Assembly (NCBI GenBank): GCA_022788105.1
Contig: JALEVZ010000053.1
Location: forward strand, 36,858-100,857
Source: Prevotella sp.
Lineage (GTDB): Bacteria > Bacteroidota > Bacteroidia > Bacteroidales > Bacteroidaceae
Length of the DNA stretch: 64,000 bases
Direction of reading: 5' to 3'
This document shows positions 19,239 to 30,662 of the stretch, one piece after another (position 1 is the first letter of the stretch; each line of letters begins with the position of its first letter). The notes under the pieces were generated by a model, which was not told where the DNA came from, made no database searches, and saw only the letters and a program-made list of their open reading frames with translations. Made by a program: the position numbers and the translations under genes.

Positions 19239-22200
19239 ATGAAGATAAGGAAAAACATTCTCACAGCCATGACGTTGTTGTTCGCTGCTATTGCGGCGAG
19301 CTACACCATCGCTATGCCTTATCGTCAGGACGACCGCACACGCCGACAGCAAGGTCAACAGCAGCAAAAGACCGACAAAAACGGCAACGACAGCATTCTC
19401 GCTCAGCCCGCAATAGAAGACGAAGACGTCATACCCGACTCGCTTCTGCATCCGCGTTGGAAGATTCAACGCACCCTACCCGTGACCATCAGCGACCTGG
19501 ACCAGCAACCGACAGACCTGCAACGCCCCGACAACTTGAAGCAGGAAGTGGAATACAACGACACCATCGACCGCTACATCATAGGTTCTAAGATTGGCGA
19601 CACATACATCAACGCTCCCGTAATGATGACTCCCGAAGAGTATCGCAAGTGGAGTGAGCGCAAGGCTATGCAGCGCTATTTCCGCGACAAGAACGATGAG
19701 GTGTACCAGGCAAAGGGTAAAGAGAAGTTCGACTTCACCGATATGCACTTCGACCTCGGACCGGCGGAGAAGATTTTCGGACCTGGCGGCGTGCGCATAA
19801 AGACGCAAGGAACGGCAGAACTGAAGTTCGGCGCCACCATGAAGAACATAGACAACCCGTCATTGCCTATCCGTAACCGTAAGACTACAAACATAGACTT
19901 CGACGAAAAGATAAACCTGAACGTCAATGGAAAGGTGGGCGACAAGGTGAACATGAACCTTAACTACAACACCGACGCCACTTTCGACTTCGATTCACAA
20001 AACCTCAAACTGAAATATGACGGTAAAGAGGACGAGATAATAAAGCTTGTAGAGGCTGGCAACATCTCGTTCCCAAGCAATTCGTCGCTCGTCAAAGGCG
20101 CATCGTCGCTCTTCGGACTGCGCACCGACCTGCAATTCGGAAAACTGAAGATGCAACTCGTGGCGTCACAGAAGAAGTCTGCAACCAAGAGTGTGTCGGC
20201 AAAGGGTGGCGCACAGTTCACTCCGTTTGAGATAGACGCGGCAAACTATGAGGAAAACAGACACTTCTTCCTCTCGCAGTTCTTCCGGGAGAAGTACGAT
20301 GCGGGCATGAAGACGCTGCCAAACCTCACTACTGGCATCAAGATTAACCGCGTGGAGGTCTGGATTACGAACAAGACGGCAACGACAAGCAACACTCGTT
20401 CCATCATCGCTCTGACCGACTTGGGCGAAAACGCGATAATAAGCAACCGACAGTGGGCACCTACTGGACTGCAGGTGCCGTCCAATGGATCGAACACTGA
20501 GTACTCTGCCATGACGTCACAGTATGCCGATGCACGCGACATTGACCAGGCATCGACAGTGCTCGACGGCATCGGCTCGTTTGCTGGAGGGTCTGATTAC
20601 GAGAAGTTGTCAAGCGCACGACTTCTCAATTCGTCTGAGTACTCGGTCAATACTGCCCTCGGTTACATATCGTTGAAGACCGCGTTGCAGACCGACCAGG
20701 TGCTGGCGGTAGCCTATGAGTACACTTATGGCGGCCAGACTTACCAGGTAGGAGAGTTTGCAAGCGACATAACGGACGTGTCAAAAGCCCTCTTTGTGAA
20801 GTCGTTGAAGAACACAAGCAACAACCCTTCGCAAGGAAACTGGCGCTTGATGATGAAGAATGTCTACTACCTTGCATCGCAGGTAGAGAAGGAGAAGTTC
20901 CGCTTGGACGTAAAATTCCAAAGCGACACCGCTGGCGTTTACCTCACTTACATACCCGAACCGCAAACTAAGGACCAGCCAATCATAAAGGCTCTCGGAG
21001 CCGACCGACTCGACAATAACAACAAACCGCACTCCAACGGCTACTTTGACTACGTCGAAGGCTACACCGTGAGCAACGGACGAGTGTTCTTCCCCAACGC
21101 CGAGCCGTTTGGAAAAGCCATGTACGACTATCTCGTAGGACGCGGTGTGGCTGCTGACAAGGCGCTGAAGTACGCCTACACAGAGCTATATGACTCTACT
21201 AAAACCGTAGCCAAGCAGATTGCAGAGAAGGACAAATACATACTCACAGGACAGTTTAAGGGTTCTTCTGCCAACGTCATCTCGCTCGGAGCATATAATG
21301 TTCCGCAAGGCTCGGTGGTGGTAACAGCAGGCGGAGTGGTGCTCACCGAGAACTCAGACTATTCTGTCGACTACAACGCTGGTGAGGTTACGATTCTCAA
21401 TCAGAGCATAATCGACGCTGGAACAGCCGTCAACGTGTCGTTGGAGAGCAACAGCGACTACGGTCAACAGCGCAAAACGATGTTCGGAATGAACTGGGAG
21501 TACGACTTTACAAAGAACTTCCAGCTCTCCGGTACTATACAACATCTGTCAGAACAGGCGCTCACCACGAAGGTAAACATGGGTAGCGAGCCGCTCAACA
21601 ACACGTTGTGGGGCATAAACATGAACTGGAAGAAGGAGAGTCAGTGGCTCACTAACATGCTGGACAAGATACCATTCCTGCATCTTACACAGCCTTCTAA
21701 CATCTCGTTTACAGGCGAATTTGCGCAGCTTATAGCAGGACAGAGCCACGGAACACAGGACAACGCCTCCTACATCGACGACTTCGAGAACACCAAAAAC
21801 ACCATCGACGTGAGCACACCGACGTCTTGGATAATATCGAGCGTGCCCACAATGTTCCCTGAAAGCAAAGACAAGGCCACGCTATCAAGCGGTTATAACC
21901 GTGCAAGACTGGCGTGGTACACCATCGATCCGCTCTTCACGCGCCGCTCATCGTCGCTCACTCCCTCACACATCAAGAGCGATCTTGAGCAGCTGTCCAA
22001 CCACTACGTGCGTGAAGTACCAGTCCGCGAGCTATTCCCGAAGCGCAACCAGAACAGCTACAGCGGCGCCACATCGATGCTAAGCGTGCTTAACCTCGCA
22101 TTCTACCCATCCGAACGCGGTCCGTACAACTTCAATCCCGACCTCGCATACGACGGCACTCTCAACACCCCGGAGAAGCGATGGGGCGGCATGATGCGCA

Positions 22201-25200
22201 AACTCGACACCAATGACTTTGAGTCTGCCAACATCGAATACGTCGAATTCTGGATGCTCGACCCCTTCATCTACTCGCGACGCGACGGCAATGCCGCTGA
22301 CTTCGGCGGCGACTTGTACCTCAACCTCGGCGAAGTGAGCGAAGACATACTACGCGACGGCAAGAAGTTCTACGAGAGTGGAATGCCCGTCGACGGCTCA
22401 CAGAGTTTCACAACCACACAGTGGGGCAAGATTCCGACACAGGCGACAGTGACCTATTCGTTTGCGTCGGCAAAGGGAGCGCGTGCCCTTCAGGACGTCG
22501 GATTCAACGGATTGAACGACCAAGAGGAGCAGAACTTCGAGTCATATCAGACATTTCTCAAAGCCATTGAAGGCAAAATAAGCCGCGCCGCCTACGATTC
22601 CATTTGGTCAGACCCCGCAGGTGACAACTACCACTACTTCCGTGGAGCAGACCTCGACCGCATAGAGGCGCCTATACTACAGCGTTACAAGTACATAAAC
22701 AACCCTCAAGGCAACTCCCCCGACAACGACAGCCGCACCGAAGGCTATGACACGTCGTACAAATCGACGCCCGATGTGGAGGACATCAACCAAGACTACA
22801 CACTCAACGAGTATGAGAAGTACTACCAGTACCGTGTCTCCATACGTCCCGAAGACCTCGTGGTGGGACAGAACTACATAGTGGACAAGCGCGAGGCATC
22901 GCCCAAGTTGCGTAACGGTCAGACCGACCACGTGACCTGGTACCAGTTCCGTATTCCCTTGAGCGACTTCGAACAACGCTTCGGCGGCATCAGCGACTTC
23001 ACGTCAATACGCTTCATGCGCATGTTCCTAACAGGCTTCAGAAAGCCCATCGTGCTGCGTTTCGGCAACCTCGACCTTGTACGCGGCGAATGGCGCATGT
23101 ACGATCAGAGCCTCGACGCCACCGCTCCGCAGCAAGGCAAGATGTCGATGGGCGCGGTAAACATAGAGGAAAACAACGACAAGTCGCCCGTCAACTACGT
23201 GCTGCCGCCTGGCATCAGCCGCGCACAAGACCCCTCTCAGCCCCAGCTTGTAGAGAGTAACGAGCAGGCACTGGCCCTGAACGTCGAGAATCTGGGCCAC
23301 GGCGAGTCCAAAGCCGTGTACAAAAACACCACCCTCGACCTGCGCCAGTACCGCCGTATGCAAATGTTCGTACACGCCAACTCGCTCGATCCCAACACCA
23401 CCAACCTGCAGAACAACCAGCTGGCAGTGTTCGTGCGCCTCGGTTCCGACTACAAGAGCAACTACTACGAATACGAAATACCACTCTCACTCACCCAGTG
23501 GTACTCAAAATACAACATGAATTCCCCAGCCGACCGCCGCTCCGTGTGGCCCGAGGCCAACATGCTCGATATACCGCTCAGCCTCTTCACCAGCGTGAAG
23601 AAAGCCCGCAACAAAGCCAAAGCCAACGGCAGCGCATCGTACAGCCGTCCATACGTGGCGTATGATGAGGACAAACCCAACAACAAAATCACCGTGATGG
23701 GTAACCCCACCTTAGGCGAAGTGAAGACCATGGTAATCGGTGTGCGCAACCTCTCCAGCGACCCAAAGAGCGGTGAGGTGTGGGTCAACGAACTCAGACT
23801 GAAGGAATACAACAACTCCGGTGGCTGGGCGGCATCGGGAAACCTCAACATGCAGCTCTCCGACTTCGGCTCGGTGAACGTCACCGGCAAGTATGTGAGC
23901 GACGGATTCGGCGGTCTTGAAGACGGCGTGGCAGCCCGTTCCACCGACGACTACAAGACCTACAGCGTGACAACAAACTTCGAACTGGGCAAGTTCTTCC
24001 CCGACAAGGCCAAAGTGACTATACCTCTTTATTATAGTATAACAAAAGAGGAGACCTCGCCACGCTACAATCCGCTCGACACCGACATGCGCCTCAAAGA
24101 CGCACTCGACGCGGCGGCAGACAGCCACGAGCGCGACTCCATAGAGAGCATGGCCGTGACCAAGACCACCAACACCAACTTCTCGCTGTCAGGAGTGCGC
24201 GTAGGCATCGCCACGAAGCGTCACCCCATGCCCTACGACCCCGCAAACTTCTCGTTCAGCTACAGCCACAGCCACCGTTTCAGCTCCGGCGAGACCACCG
24301 TCTACGAGAAAGAAGACAACTGGCGCGGCTCCATGAACTACTCGTGGGTGCCTGTGTACAAGCCCTTTGAGCCGTTCAAGAAGATGAAGAACAAGAGCAA
24401 GTGGCTCGACTTGCCACGCCGCTTCGGACTCAACTGGCTGCCGCAGAACCTCGGATTCAACACCGAAATCACACGCAGCTACTACGAACTACAGGAGCGC
24501 GACATGCAAGACCTCGGCGGATCGCAGCTGCCGCTGACCTTCAGCCAGCAGTTCTTGTGGAACCGCGAGTTCTCCCTGCGCTGGGACCTGACAAAGAATC
24601 TGCACATGAACTTCCAGAGTGCGACCCACGCAGAGATAGAAGAACCATACACACCCGTCAACAAAGACCTCTACGCCGACAGCTACAAGGCGTGGAAAGA
24701 CTCTGTGTGGACAAGCCTAAAGCACTTCGGCACGCCCCTCGACTACAACCAGACGTTCACAGCATCGTACCAGTTGCCGCTGAACCTGCTGCCCATCTTC
24801 GACTGGGTGAACGCCGACGCACAGTACTCCGCCACCTACAACTGGATGCGCGGCTCCGATCTGGAAGACGGAACATCGCTCGGCAACACCATAAGCAACA
24901 ACCGCCAGGTGCGCCTCAACGGCAACTTCAACTTTGAGAAGCTCTACAACCACATACCCTTCCTGAAGAAAGCGAACGACCGCTTCAACAAAAGCCAAAG
25001 CTCCGCGCGCCGCAACAAGACAAAGAACAAGGCCGACGCAAAGGACAAAAACAAGAAAGGCAACTCGCCGACAAGCCGTGCCGACCTCAGAAAGTCTGCC
25101 GACCTGGAGCGCAAGAAAGGACAGCTGCCGAAGAACAAGAAGGGATTTGAGAAAGAGATAACGCTGCTCCCAGACACCACCATAACCGTGAAGCACGGCA

Positions 25201-26864
25201 AAAACAGCAAACGCCTCATCGTGACGGCAAAGACCGCCGACGGCAAACCCTACAAGCTGAACTTCCGCAAGACCGACAACAACACGCTGAGCATACGCAA
25301 CAAGGTGGACTCGGCACTGAAACTGAAAATCACCGTCACACCCATGGAGCCGCTTGACAACAAGAAGTGGTATCGCACCATGCAGGCCGTGGCACGTGGA
25401 CTCATGCTCGTGCGCAGCGCAAGCTTCTCGTACACAAACCAGTACTCCATGTCGTTGCCAGGATTCATGCCCTCCGTGGGCGACGCCTTCGGACAGAAGC
25501 GCAACACTGGAGCACTGGCGCCAGGACTCGACTTCGCATTCGGACTGACCGGCGACTCATACGTAGACCGCGCCCGCGAGCACGGATGGCTGCTCGTCAA
25601 CGACTCCGTGGCGACACCTGCCACCACCAACAAGACCGAAGACCTGCAGTTGCGCGTCACCCTCGAGCCGGTGCGCAACCTGAAGATAGACCTCAACGCC
25701 GCACGCACACAGACCACAGCGCGCAGCGTGCAGTACATGTACGAGGGGTCGCCCACCACACAGAGTGGCACCTTCTCTATGACAACCCTCTCGCTGCGCA
25801 GCGCATTCGAGGGCATGGGCAGCGCCGAGCACGGCTACCACTCAGCCTCGTTTGAGCGCTTCTGCAACAGCCTTGAGTCGTTCCGCCAGCGCGTAGAACA
25901 CCGCTACACGGGCACCGCCTATCCGCAAGGCACCGTGCTTGCCGGCAAGCCCTTTGACCCGGCAAACGGCGGAGTGAACAAGTACAGCGCCGACGTGATG
26001 GTGCCTGCCTTCCTCGCAGCCTACACCTCGTCAGGCGGCGGCAAGCTCGACATATTCCCGTCGCTCTCGCGCCTGCTACCCAACTGGACCGTGCGCTACA
26101 GCGGACTCGCCAAGCTGCCGTGGGTGCGCGACGTGTTCAAGAGCGTGAACATAAACCACTCGTACAAGAGCATCTACGCCGTGGGCGCCTACCAGTCATA
26201 CTCTACGTTCGTCGAACTTATGGGTCCAGGCTTGGGCTTCATCTCCGACGCCACCACAGGCATGCCCACCCCGTCGTCAATGTACAACGTTTCGACAGTG
26301 AGCATCAACGAGTCGTTCTCGCCGCTGCTCGGAGTAGACATGACGTTCAACAACAACCTGACCTGCAAACTGGAGTACAAGACCATACGCACCCTCAACC
26401 TCAGCATGACGAGCGTGCAGATAAACGAGTCGTCATCACACGACTGGGTGGTAGGCATGGGCTACACTGTGAGCAACTTCAACCTGTTCGGGGCGCGCAA
26501 CCACCGTAAGATAAAGTCGTCGGCGAAGAAGGGCGGCGCCGACAACCAAGACCAGAAGAAGGCCACAGCCACACAGTCGCGCAACCGAAGCAACGGCTAT
26601 AACAGCGACCTCAAGCTGCGCCTCGACCTCAGCTACCGCAAGCAGGCGTCAATAAGTCGCGACATAGCCACCATGACCTCGTCGGCAAGCAACGGCAACA
26701 CAGCCTTCAAACTGTCGTTCAGCGCCGACTATTCGCTGTCGCGTCTGCTCACTATGAGCTTCTACTACGACCGTCAGACCAACACGCCGCTGCTCACATC
26801 AAGCAGCTACCCCACCACGACACGCGACTTCGGACTGAGTCTGAAGTTCTCGCTGACGCGATGA
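19239..26864 (+). CDS. sprA: Type IX secretion translocon SprA/Sov
   Basis: ~2540-aa outer-membrane protein with YEENRHFFL, WGGMMR and WVNELRL motifs; downstream of ruvA. Confidence 0.93.
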   Translation: MKIRKNILTAMTLLFAAIAASYTIAMPYRQDDRTRRQQGQQQQKTDKNGNDSILAQPAIEDEDVIPDSLLHPRWKIQRTLPVTISDLDQQPTDLQRPDNLKQEVEYNDTIDRYIIGSKIGDTYINAPVMMTPEEYRKWSERKAMQRYFRDKNDEVYQAKGKEKFDFTDMHFDLGPAEKIFGPGGVRIKTQGTAELKFGATMKNIDNPSLPIRNRKTTNIDFDEKINLNVNGKVGDKVNMNLNYNTDATFDFDSQNLKLKYDGKEDEIIKLVEAGNISFPSNSSLVKGASSLFGLRTDLQFGKLKMQLVASQKKSATKSVSAKGGAQFTPFEIDAANYEENRHFFLSQFFREKYDAGMKTLPNLTTGIKINRVEVWITNKTATTSNTRSIIALTDLGENAIISNRQWAPTGLQVPSNGSNTEYSAMTSQYADARDIDQASTVLDGIGSFAGGSDYEKLSSARLLNSSEYSVNTALGYISLKTALQTDQVLAVAYEYTYGGQTYQVGEFASDITDVSKALFVKSLKNTSNNPSQGNWRLMMKNVYYLASQVEKEKFRLDVKFQSDTAGVYLTYIPEPQTKDQPIIKALGADRLDNNNKPHSNGYFDYVEGYTVSNGRVFFPNAEPFGKAMYDYLVGRGVAADKALKYAYTELYDSTKTVAKQIAEKDKYILTGQFKGSSANVISLGAYNVPQGSVVVTAGGVVLTENSDYSVDYNAGEVTILNQSIIDAGTAVNVSLESNSDYGQQRKTMFGMNWEYDFTKNFQLSGTIQHLSEQALTTKVNMGSEPLNNTLWGINMNWKKESQWLTNMLDKIPFLHLTQPSNISFTGEFAQLIAGQSHGTQDNASYIDDFENTKNTIDVSTPTSWIISSVPTMFPESKDKATLSSGYNRARLAWYTIDPLFTRRSSSLTPSHIKSDLEQLSNHYVREVPVRELFPKRNQNSYSGATSMLSVLNLAFYPSERGPYNFNPDLAYDGTLNTPEKRWGGMMRKLDTNDFESANIEYVEFWMLDPFIYSRRDGNAADFGGDLYLNLGEVSEDILRDGKKFYESGMPVDGSQSFTTTQWGKIPTQATVTYSFASAKGARALQDVGFNGLNDQEEQNFESYQTFLKAIEGKISRAAYDSIWSDPAGDNYHYFRGADLDRIEAPILQRYKYINNPQGNSPDNDSRTEGYDTSYKSTPDVEDINQDYTLNEYEKYYQYRVSIRPEDLVVGQNYIVDKREASPKLRNGQTDHVTWYQFRIPLSDFEQRFGGISDFTSIRFMRMFLTGFRKPIVLRFGNLDLVRGEWRMYDQSLDATAPQQGKMSMGAVNIEENNDKSPVNYVLPPGISRAQDPSQPQLVESNEQALALNVENLGHGESKAVYKNTTLDLRQYRRMQMFVHANSLDPNTTNLQNNQLAVFVRLGSDYKSNYYEYEIPLSLTQWYSKYNMNSPADRRSVWPEANMLDIPLSLFTSVKKARNKAKANGSASYSRPYVAYDEDKPNNKITVMGNPTLGEVKTMVIGVRNLSSDPKSGEVWVNELRLKEYNNSGGWAASGNLNMQLSDFGSVNVTGKYVSDGFGGLEDGVAARSTDDYKTYSVTTNFELGKFFPDKAKVTIPLYYSITKEETSPRYNPLDTDMRLKDALDAAADSHERDSIESMAVTKTTNTNFSLSGVRVGIATKRHPMPYDPANFSFSYSHSHRFSSGETTVYEKEDNWRGSMNYSWVPVYKPFEPFKKMKNKSKWLDLPRRFGLNWLPQNLGFNTEITRSYYELQERDMQDLGGSQLPLTFSQQFLWNREFSLRWDLTKNLHMNFQSATHAEIEEPYTPVNKDLYADSYKAWKDSVWTSLKHFGTPLDYNQTFTASYQLPLNLLPIFDWVNADAQYSATYNWMRGSDLEDGTSLGNTISNNRQVRLNGNFNFEKLYNHIPFLKKANDRFNKSQSSARRNKTKNKADAKDKNKKGNSPTSRADLRKSADLERKKGQLPKNKKGFEKEITLLPDTTITVKHGKNSKRLIVTAKTADGKPYKLNFRKTDNNTLSIRNKVDSALKLKITVTPMEPLDNKKWYRTMQAVARGLMLVRSASFSYTNQYSMSLPGFMPSVGDAFGQKRNTGALAPGLDFAFGLTGDSYVDRAREHGWLLVNDSVATPATTNKTEDLQLRVTLEPVRNLKIDLNAARTQTTARSVQYMYEGSPTTQSGTFSMTTLSLRSAFEGMGSAEHGYHSASFERFCNSLESFRQRVEHRYTGTAYPQGTVLAGKPFDPANGGVNKYSADVMVPAFLAAYTSSGGGKLDIFPSLSRLLPNWTVRYSGLAKLPWVRDVFKSVNINHSYKSIYAVGAYQSYSTFVELMGPGLGFISDATTGMPTPSSMYNVSTVSINESFSPLLGVDMTFNNNLTCKLEYKTIRTLNLSMTSVQINESSSHDWVVGMGYTVSNFNLFGARNHRKIKSSAKKGGADNQDQKKATATQSRNRSNGYNSDLKLRLDLSYRKQASISRDIATMTSSASNGNTAFKLSFSADYSLSRLLTMSFYYDRQTNTPLLTSSSYPTTTRDFGLSLKFSLTR

Positions 26865-26930
26865 CGCCACAAGGCTGCACTATAGCGGAAAAGGCCCGCG
26901 GACAAAAAGACAGCGCAACGCGGCTTTTTG

Positions 26931-27095
26931 TGACACATTGCTACGATTTCGCAGCCGCAGCTTACGCCAATTCTTAACAAGCGTTAAAAGACAGTTGACA
27001 TTCCCATTAGGCCCCTTTGACGTCCTCATTAGGCCCCTTTGACGTCGCCAAAGGGCCGTAGTGACAACGCCAAAAAGGCACTATCATTTTGTCAA
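26931..27095 (+). repeat. 165-bp dispersed element, copy 3
   Basis: Same head, palindrome (TTAAC-aagc-GTTAA), four units and tail. Confidence 0.9.
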
Positions 27096-27120
27096 TCGGG
27101 CCTAATCATAAAACAACTAA

Positions 27121-27172
27121 AAAAGACAGAAACCGACACACGGCACTACAGCCCTGTCGGTTTCTGTCTTTT
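27121..27172. terminator. Bidirectional terminator between sprA and ndk
   Basis: AAAAGACAGAAACCGACA…TGTCGGTTTCTGTCTTTT. Confidence 0.8.
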
Positions 27173-27280
27173 CTTTATATCGTGTCTGTCGACAAACGTC
27201 GCCGACAACATGGGGTCAGTTCAAATCTGCCGTCAGACGTTCAGCCTTGACAGCACGTTGCGCCATGACGGGAGAGCGGG

Positions 27281-27748
27281 TTAATACTCGTCATTGGCAT
27301 ATAAGCTGCTGAAGATGCTCTGCCTCCACTCCACAATCTCGTCGTCGCGGAAGAAGCGCTTCAGCTCCACGGCAGCCGTCTCGGGCGAGTCGGAGGCGTG
27401 GACAATGTTCTCCTGGAAACTCATGCAGTAGCTTCCACGTATCGTGCCGGGAGCGGCGTTGCGACCATTGGTAGGGCCTGCCAGAGCGCGCACGGCGGCA
27501 ATGGCGTCTACTCCTTTAAGACACATCGCAATGACAGGGGCTGTCATCATGGCGTCTTTCACACGCTGGAAGAACGGTTTCTCACTCAAATGTGCGTAAT
27601 GCTCGCTTAACAGCTCGTCACTAAGCTGCATCATCTTCATGCCGCATATCTGCAGGCCCTTCTTCTCAAACACACTCACGATTTCGCCGACAAGCCCACG
27701 CTGAAGCGTACAGGGCTTAAGCAGCACCAATGTCTTTTCTAAAGCCAT
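27281..27748 (-). CDS. ndk: Nucleoside diphosphate kinase
   Basis: EKTLVLLKP, PGTIRG, NIVHASDS. Confidence 0.96.
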   Translation of the reverse strand: MALEKTLVLLKPCTLQRGLVGEIVSVFEKKGLQICGMKMMQLSDELLSEHYAHLSEKPFFQRVKDAMMTAPVIAMCLKGVDAIAAVRALAGPTNGRNAAPGTIRGSYCMSFQENIVHASDSPETAAVELKRFFRDDEIVEWRQSIFSSLYANDEY

Positions 27749-28033
27749 AGTCTTAAACTGTTTTTATTATTAGGTGGAACAATATGTTTTTATTCAATAT
27801 CAAAAGTTTGGGTCGGCTTTCAAATTGCCGAGCGCAACCTATTTATGGCAAAGATATAGATAAAACGCCACATAAGGCAAGCAGAAACAAATAAAGAATG
27901 TTAACACGCGCACCACACCACGACGCGACCGCCCACACCACGCACGAAAACAGGAACCCGAACCTCGCACATAATTGCTACGCAACAAGGTGAAAAACAA
28001 AGAGATTTGTTTTGCAGTGTCTGCCGTTTTGCC

Positions 28034-28041
28034 TATCTTTG
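28034..28041 (+). promoter_or_regulatory. -7 promoter element of the gmd operon (TATCTTTG)
   Basis: TAnnTTTG with TTTG upstream. Confidence 0.65.
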
Positions 28042-28098
28042 CATAAGATAGGCTGCACAGCCTCACACACATTTGAAAAACAAGACAATCCCACATAA

Positions 28099-29196
28099 AT
28101 GGAAAAGCAAAAGACAGCACTCATCACCGGCATCACCGGACAAGACGGTTCATATCTGGCAGAACTGCTGCTGGAGAAAGGCTACGACGTGCATGGCACC
28201 ATACGCCGCTCGTCAGTAGACTACCGCGAGCGAATAGCACACCTCGAAGGCAAGTCCAACTTCCACCTTCACTACGCCGACCTCAGCGACTCAATGAGCA
28301 TAATACAGGTCATGAACAAGGTGCGCCCTACCGAAGTCTACAACCTCGCGGCACAAAGCCACGTGCAGGTGAGCTTCGACTCTCCTGAGTACACAGCCAA
28401 TGTCGACGCTACAGGAGTGCTGCGCATACTCGAAGCCATACGCCAGTGCGGACTCACCGACACCTGCCGCATGTACCAAGCGTCTACATCGGAGCTGTAC
28501 GGCAAGGTGGAAGAGGTGCCGCAGAACGAGAACACACCGTTCCACCCCTACTCCCCCTACGCCGTGGCAAAGCTCTACGGCTTCTGGATTGTGAAGGAAT
28601 ATCGCGAGGCATACAACATGTTCTGCTGCTCGGGCATACTCTTCAACCACGAGAGCGAGCGACGCGGCGAGACGTTTGTGACCCGCAAGATAACGCTTGC
28701 AGCGGCGCGCATAAAGCAGGGCAGACAGGAGAAACTATACCTCGGCAACCTCGACTCGCTGCGAGACTGGGGCTACGCCAAAGACTATGTGGAGTGTATG
28801 TGGCTCATTCTGCAACATGAGACACCCGAAGACTTCGTCATCGCCACTGGAGTGCAGCACACCGTGCGCGAGTTCTGCTACCACGCGTTCAAGCATGTGG
28901 GCATAGAGCTGGAGTTTCAGGGCAAGGGTGTCAACGAGAAAGGCATAGACAAGGCCACGGGCAAGGTGCTCGTGGAGGTGTCGCCCGACTTCTTCCGACC
29001 CACCGACGTGGTGAACCTGTGGGGCGACCCCACCAAAGCGCGCGCCAAACTGGGATGGAATCCGTCGAAGACGTCGTTTGAAAAACTGGTGCAAATCATG
29101 GTAGACAGCGACATGGCAAAGGTTGCCGCCGAAGACGCAGGGCAGAAGGTGCGCTGCAATCTCGCCGAATATCTTGAGAAAGGCATAGTGAAATAA
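28099..29196 (+). CDS. gmd: GDP-mannose 4,6-dehydratase
   Basis: [35 protein letters not shown]. Confidence 0.97.
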   Translation: MEKQKTALITGITGQDGSYLAELLLEKGYDVHGTIRRSSVDYRERIAHLEGKSNFHLHYADLSDSMSIIQVMNKVRPTEVYNLAAQSHVQVSFDSPEYTANVDATGVLRILEAIRQCGLTDTCRMYQASTSELYGKVEEVPQNENTPFHPYSPYAVAKLYGFWIVKEYREAYNMFCCSGILFNHESERRGETFVTRKITLAAARIKQGRQEKLYLGNLDSLRDWGYAKDYVECMWLILQHETPEDFVIATGVQHTVREFCYHAFKHVGIELEFQGKGVNEKGIDKATGKVLVEVSPDFFRPTDVVNLWGDPTKARAKLGWNPSKTSFEKLVQIMVDSDMAKVAAEDAGQKVRCNLAEYLEKGIVK

Positions 29197-29219
29197 GACG
29201 ACGAACGGCACGTACAGAT

Positions 29220-29329
29220 TCGTCAATAAGAACAAGACTGCTCGTCAATAAAGACAAGACTGCTCGTCAATAAAGACAAGACAGTTCGTCAATAAAGACA
29301 AGACAGTTCGTCAATAAATACAAGACAAC
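29220..29329. repeat. 22-bp tandem array, 5 units of TCGTCAATAAAGACAAGAC(TGC/AGT)
   Basis: Units at 29220, 29242, 29264, 29286, 29308. Confidence 0.95.
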
Positions 29330-29428
29330 CCATCATATACCCCCTTATGCCGCATGACGGCGCCACACAGCCCTGCTGACAGGGATGACACGACACAGCC
29401 ATGACAGCAAAGAGGCGGGACAACTATT

Positions 29429-30637
29429 ATGTTAGACAAAGACAGCAAGATTTATATCGCCGGACACCGCGGGCTCGTAGGCTCGGCCATCTGGAACAAC
29501 CTGCTGCAACGCGGCTACACCAATCTCGTGGGACGCACGCACGCAGAGCTTGACCTTACAGACCAATACGCCGTGGAACGGTTCTTCGACGAAGAGCGTC
29601 CCGACGCCGTGGTGCTCGCAGCAGCATTTGTCGGCGGCATCATGGCAAACTCATTGTACCGCGCCGACTTCATAATGCAGAACATGAAGATGCAGTGCAA
29701 CGTCATCAGCAACGCCTACAGCCACGGCGTGAAAAAGCTGCTCTTCCTCGGATCGACATGCATCTACCCTAAAGACGCACCGCAGCCGATGAAAGAAGAC
29801 GCGCTGCTCACCTCACCACTCGAATACACCAACGAAGAGTATGCTATCGCAAAGATAGCCGGACTGAAGATGTGCGAGAGCTATAACCTACAGTATGGCA
29901 CCAACTATATTGCCGTCATGCCCACCAATCTCTATGGACCGAACGACAATTTCCACCTCGAAAACTCACACGTCATGCCCGCCATGATGCGCAAGGTGTA
30001 TCTTGCGAAACTCATACACGAGGGCGACTGGGACAGCATCTGCCGCGATATGGACAAGCGACCGGTCAACCCGACCGACCGACTGCGTGCCATCATCGGC
30101 GAGGGTAACGTCGACGGAAGCAATCAGCGCGACCGCATATTGAAGACACTGGAGTTTTACGGCATCGGCGACAACCGCGTGACGCTGTGGGGAACGGGCA
30201 GTCCGCTGCGCGAATTCCTATGGAGCGAAGACATGGCAGACGCCAGTGTGCATGTACTACTCAACGTCGACTTCAGCGACATAATAGGCATTGACAAGTA
30301 CAGCTCGGTGTTCTACGGCGCCAAAACCGACGGCGCGGTGGACCGAAACAACTCTGAAGGTCGTGGCGGAGCAATACCGTCGTTAGGCGAAATACGCAAC
30401 TGCCACATCAATGTAGGCACTGGCAAGGAGCTGACCATACGCCGTCTGTCCGAACTGGTGGCAGAGGCGGTGGGCTTTGAAGGCACGATAGAGTTTGACT
30501 CTACTAAGCCCGATGGCACTCCCCGCAAGCTGATTGACGTCACAAAGCTCCACTCCTTAGGCTGGACACATAAGGTTGAGATAGAGGAAGGAGTGCGCCG
30601 ACTGTACGAATGGTACCGCCAGAGCCTCGAAAACTAA
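29429..30637 (+). CDS. fcl: GDP-L-fucose synthase
   Basis: [37 protein letters not shown]. Confidence 0.96.
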   Translation: MLDKDSKIYIAGHRGLVGSAIWNNLLQRGYTNLVGRTHAELDLTDQYAVERFFDEERPDAVVLAAAFVGGIMANSLYRADFIMQNMKMQCNVISNAYSHGVKKLLFLGSTCIYPKDAPQPMKEDALLTSPLEYTNEEYAIAKIAGLKMCESYNLQYGTNYIAVMPTNLYGPNDNFHLENSHVMPAMMRKVYLAKLIHEGDWDSICRDMDKRPVNPTDRLRAIIGEGNVDGSNQRDRILKTLEFYGIGDNRVTLWGTGSPLREFLWSEDMADASVHVLLNVDFSDIIGIDKYSSVFYGAKTDGAVDRNNSEGRGGAIPSLGEIRNCHINVGTGKELTIRRLSELVAEAVGFEGTIEFDSTKPDGTPRKLIDVTKLHSLGWTHKVEIEEGVRRLYEWYRQSLEN

Positions 30638-30662
30638 AGCAAAAACAAAACAAAAGAAATAC

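Noticed and set aside
19239-26864. 7.6-kb ORF as a novel giant protein
   Set aside because: It is recognisably the T9SS translocon SprA, at a normal size for that protein.
27760-28098. Invertible promoter or ops/UpxY control of the gmd operon
   Set aside because: No flanking inverted repeats, recombinase or UpxY gene were seen.
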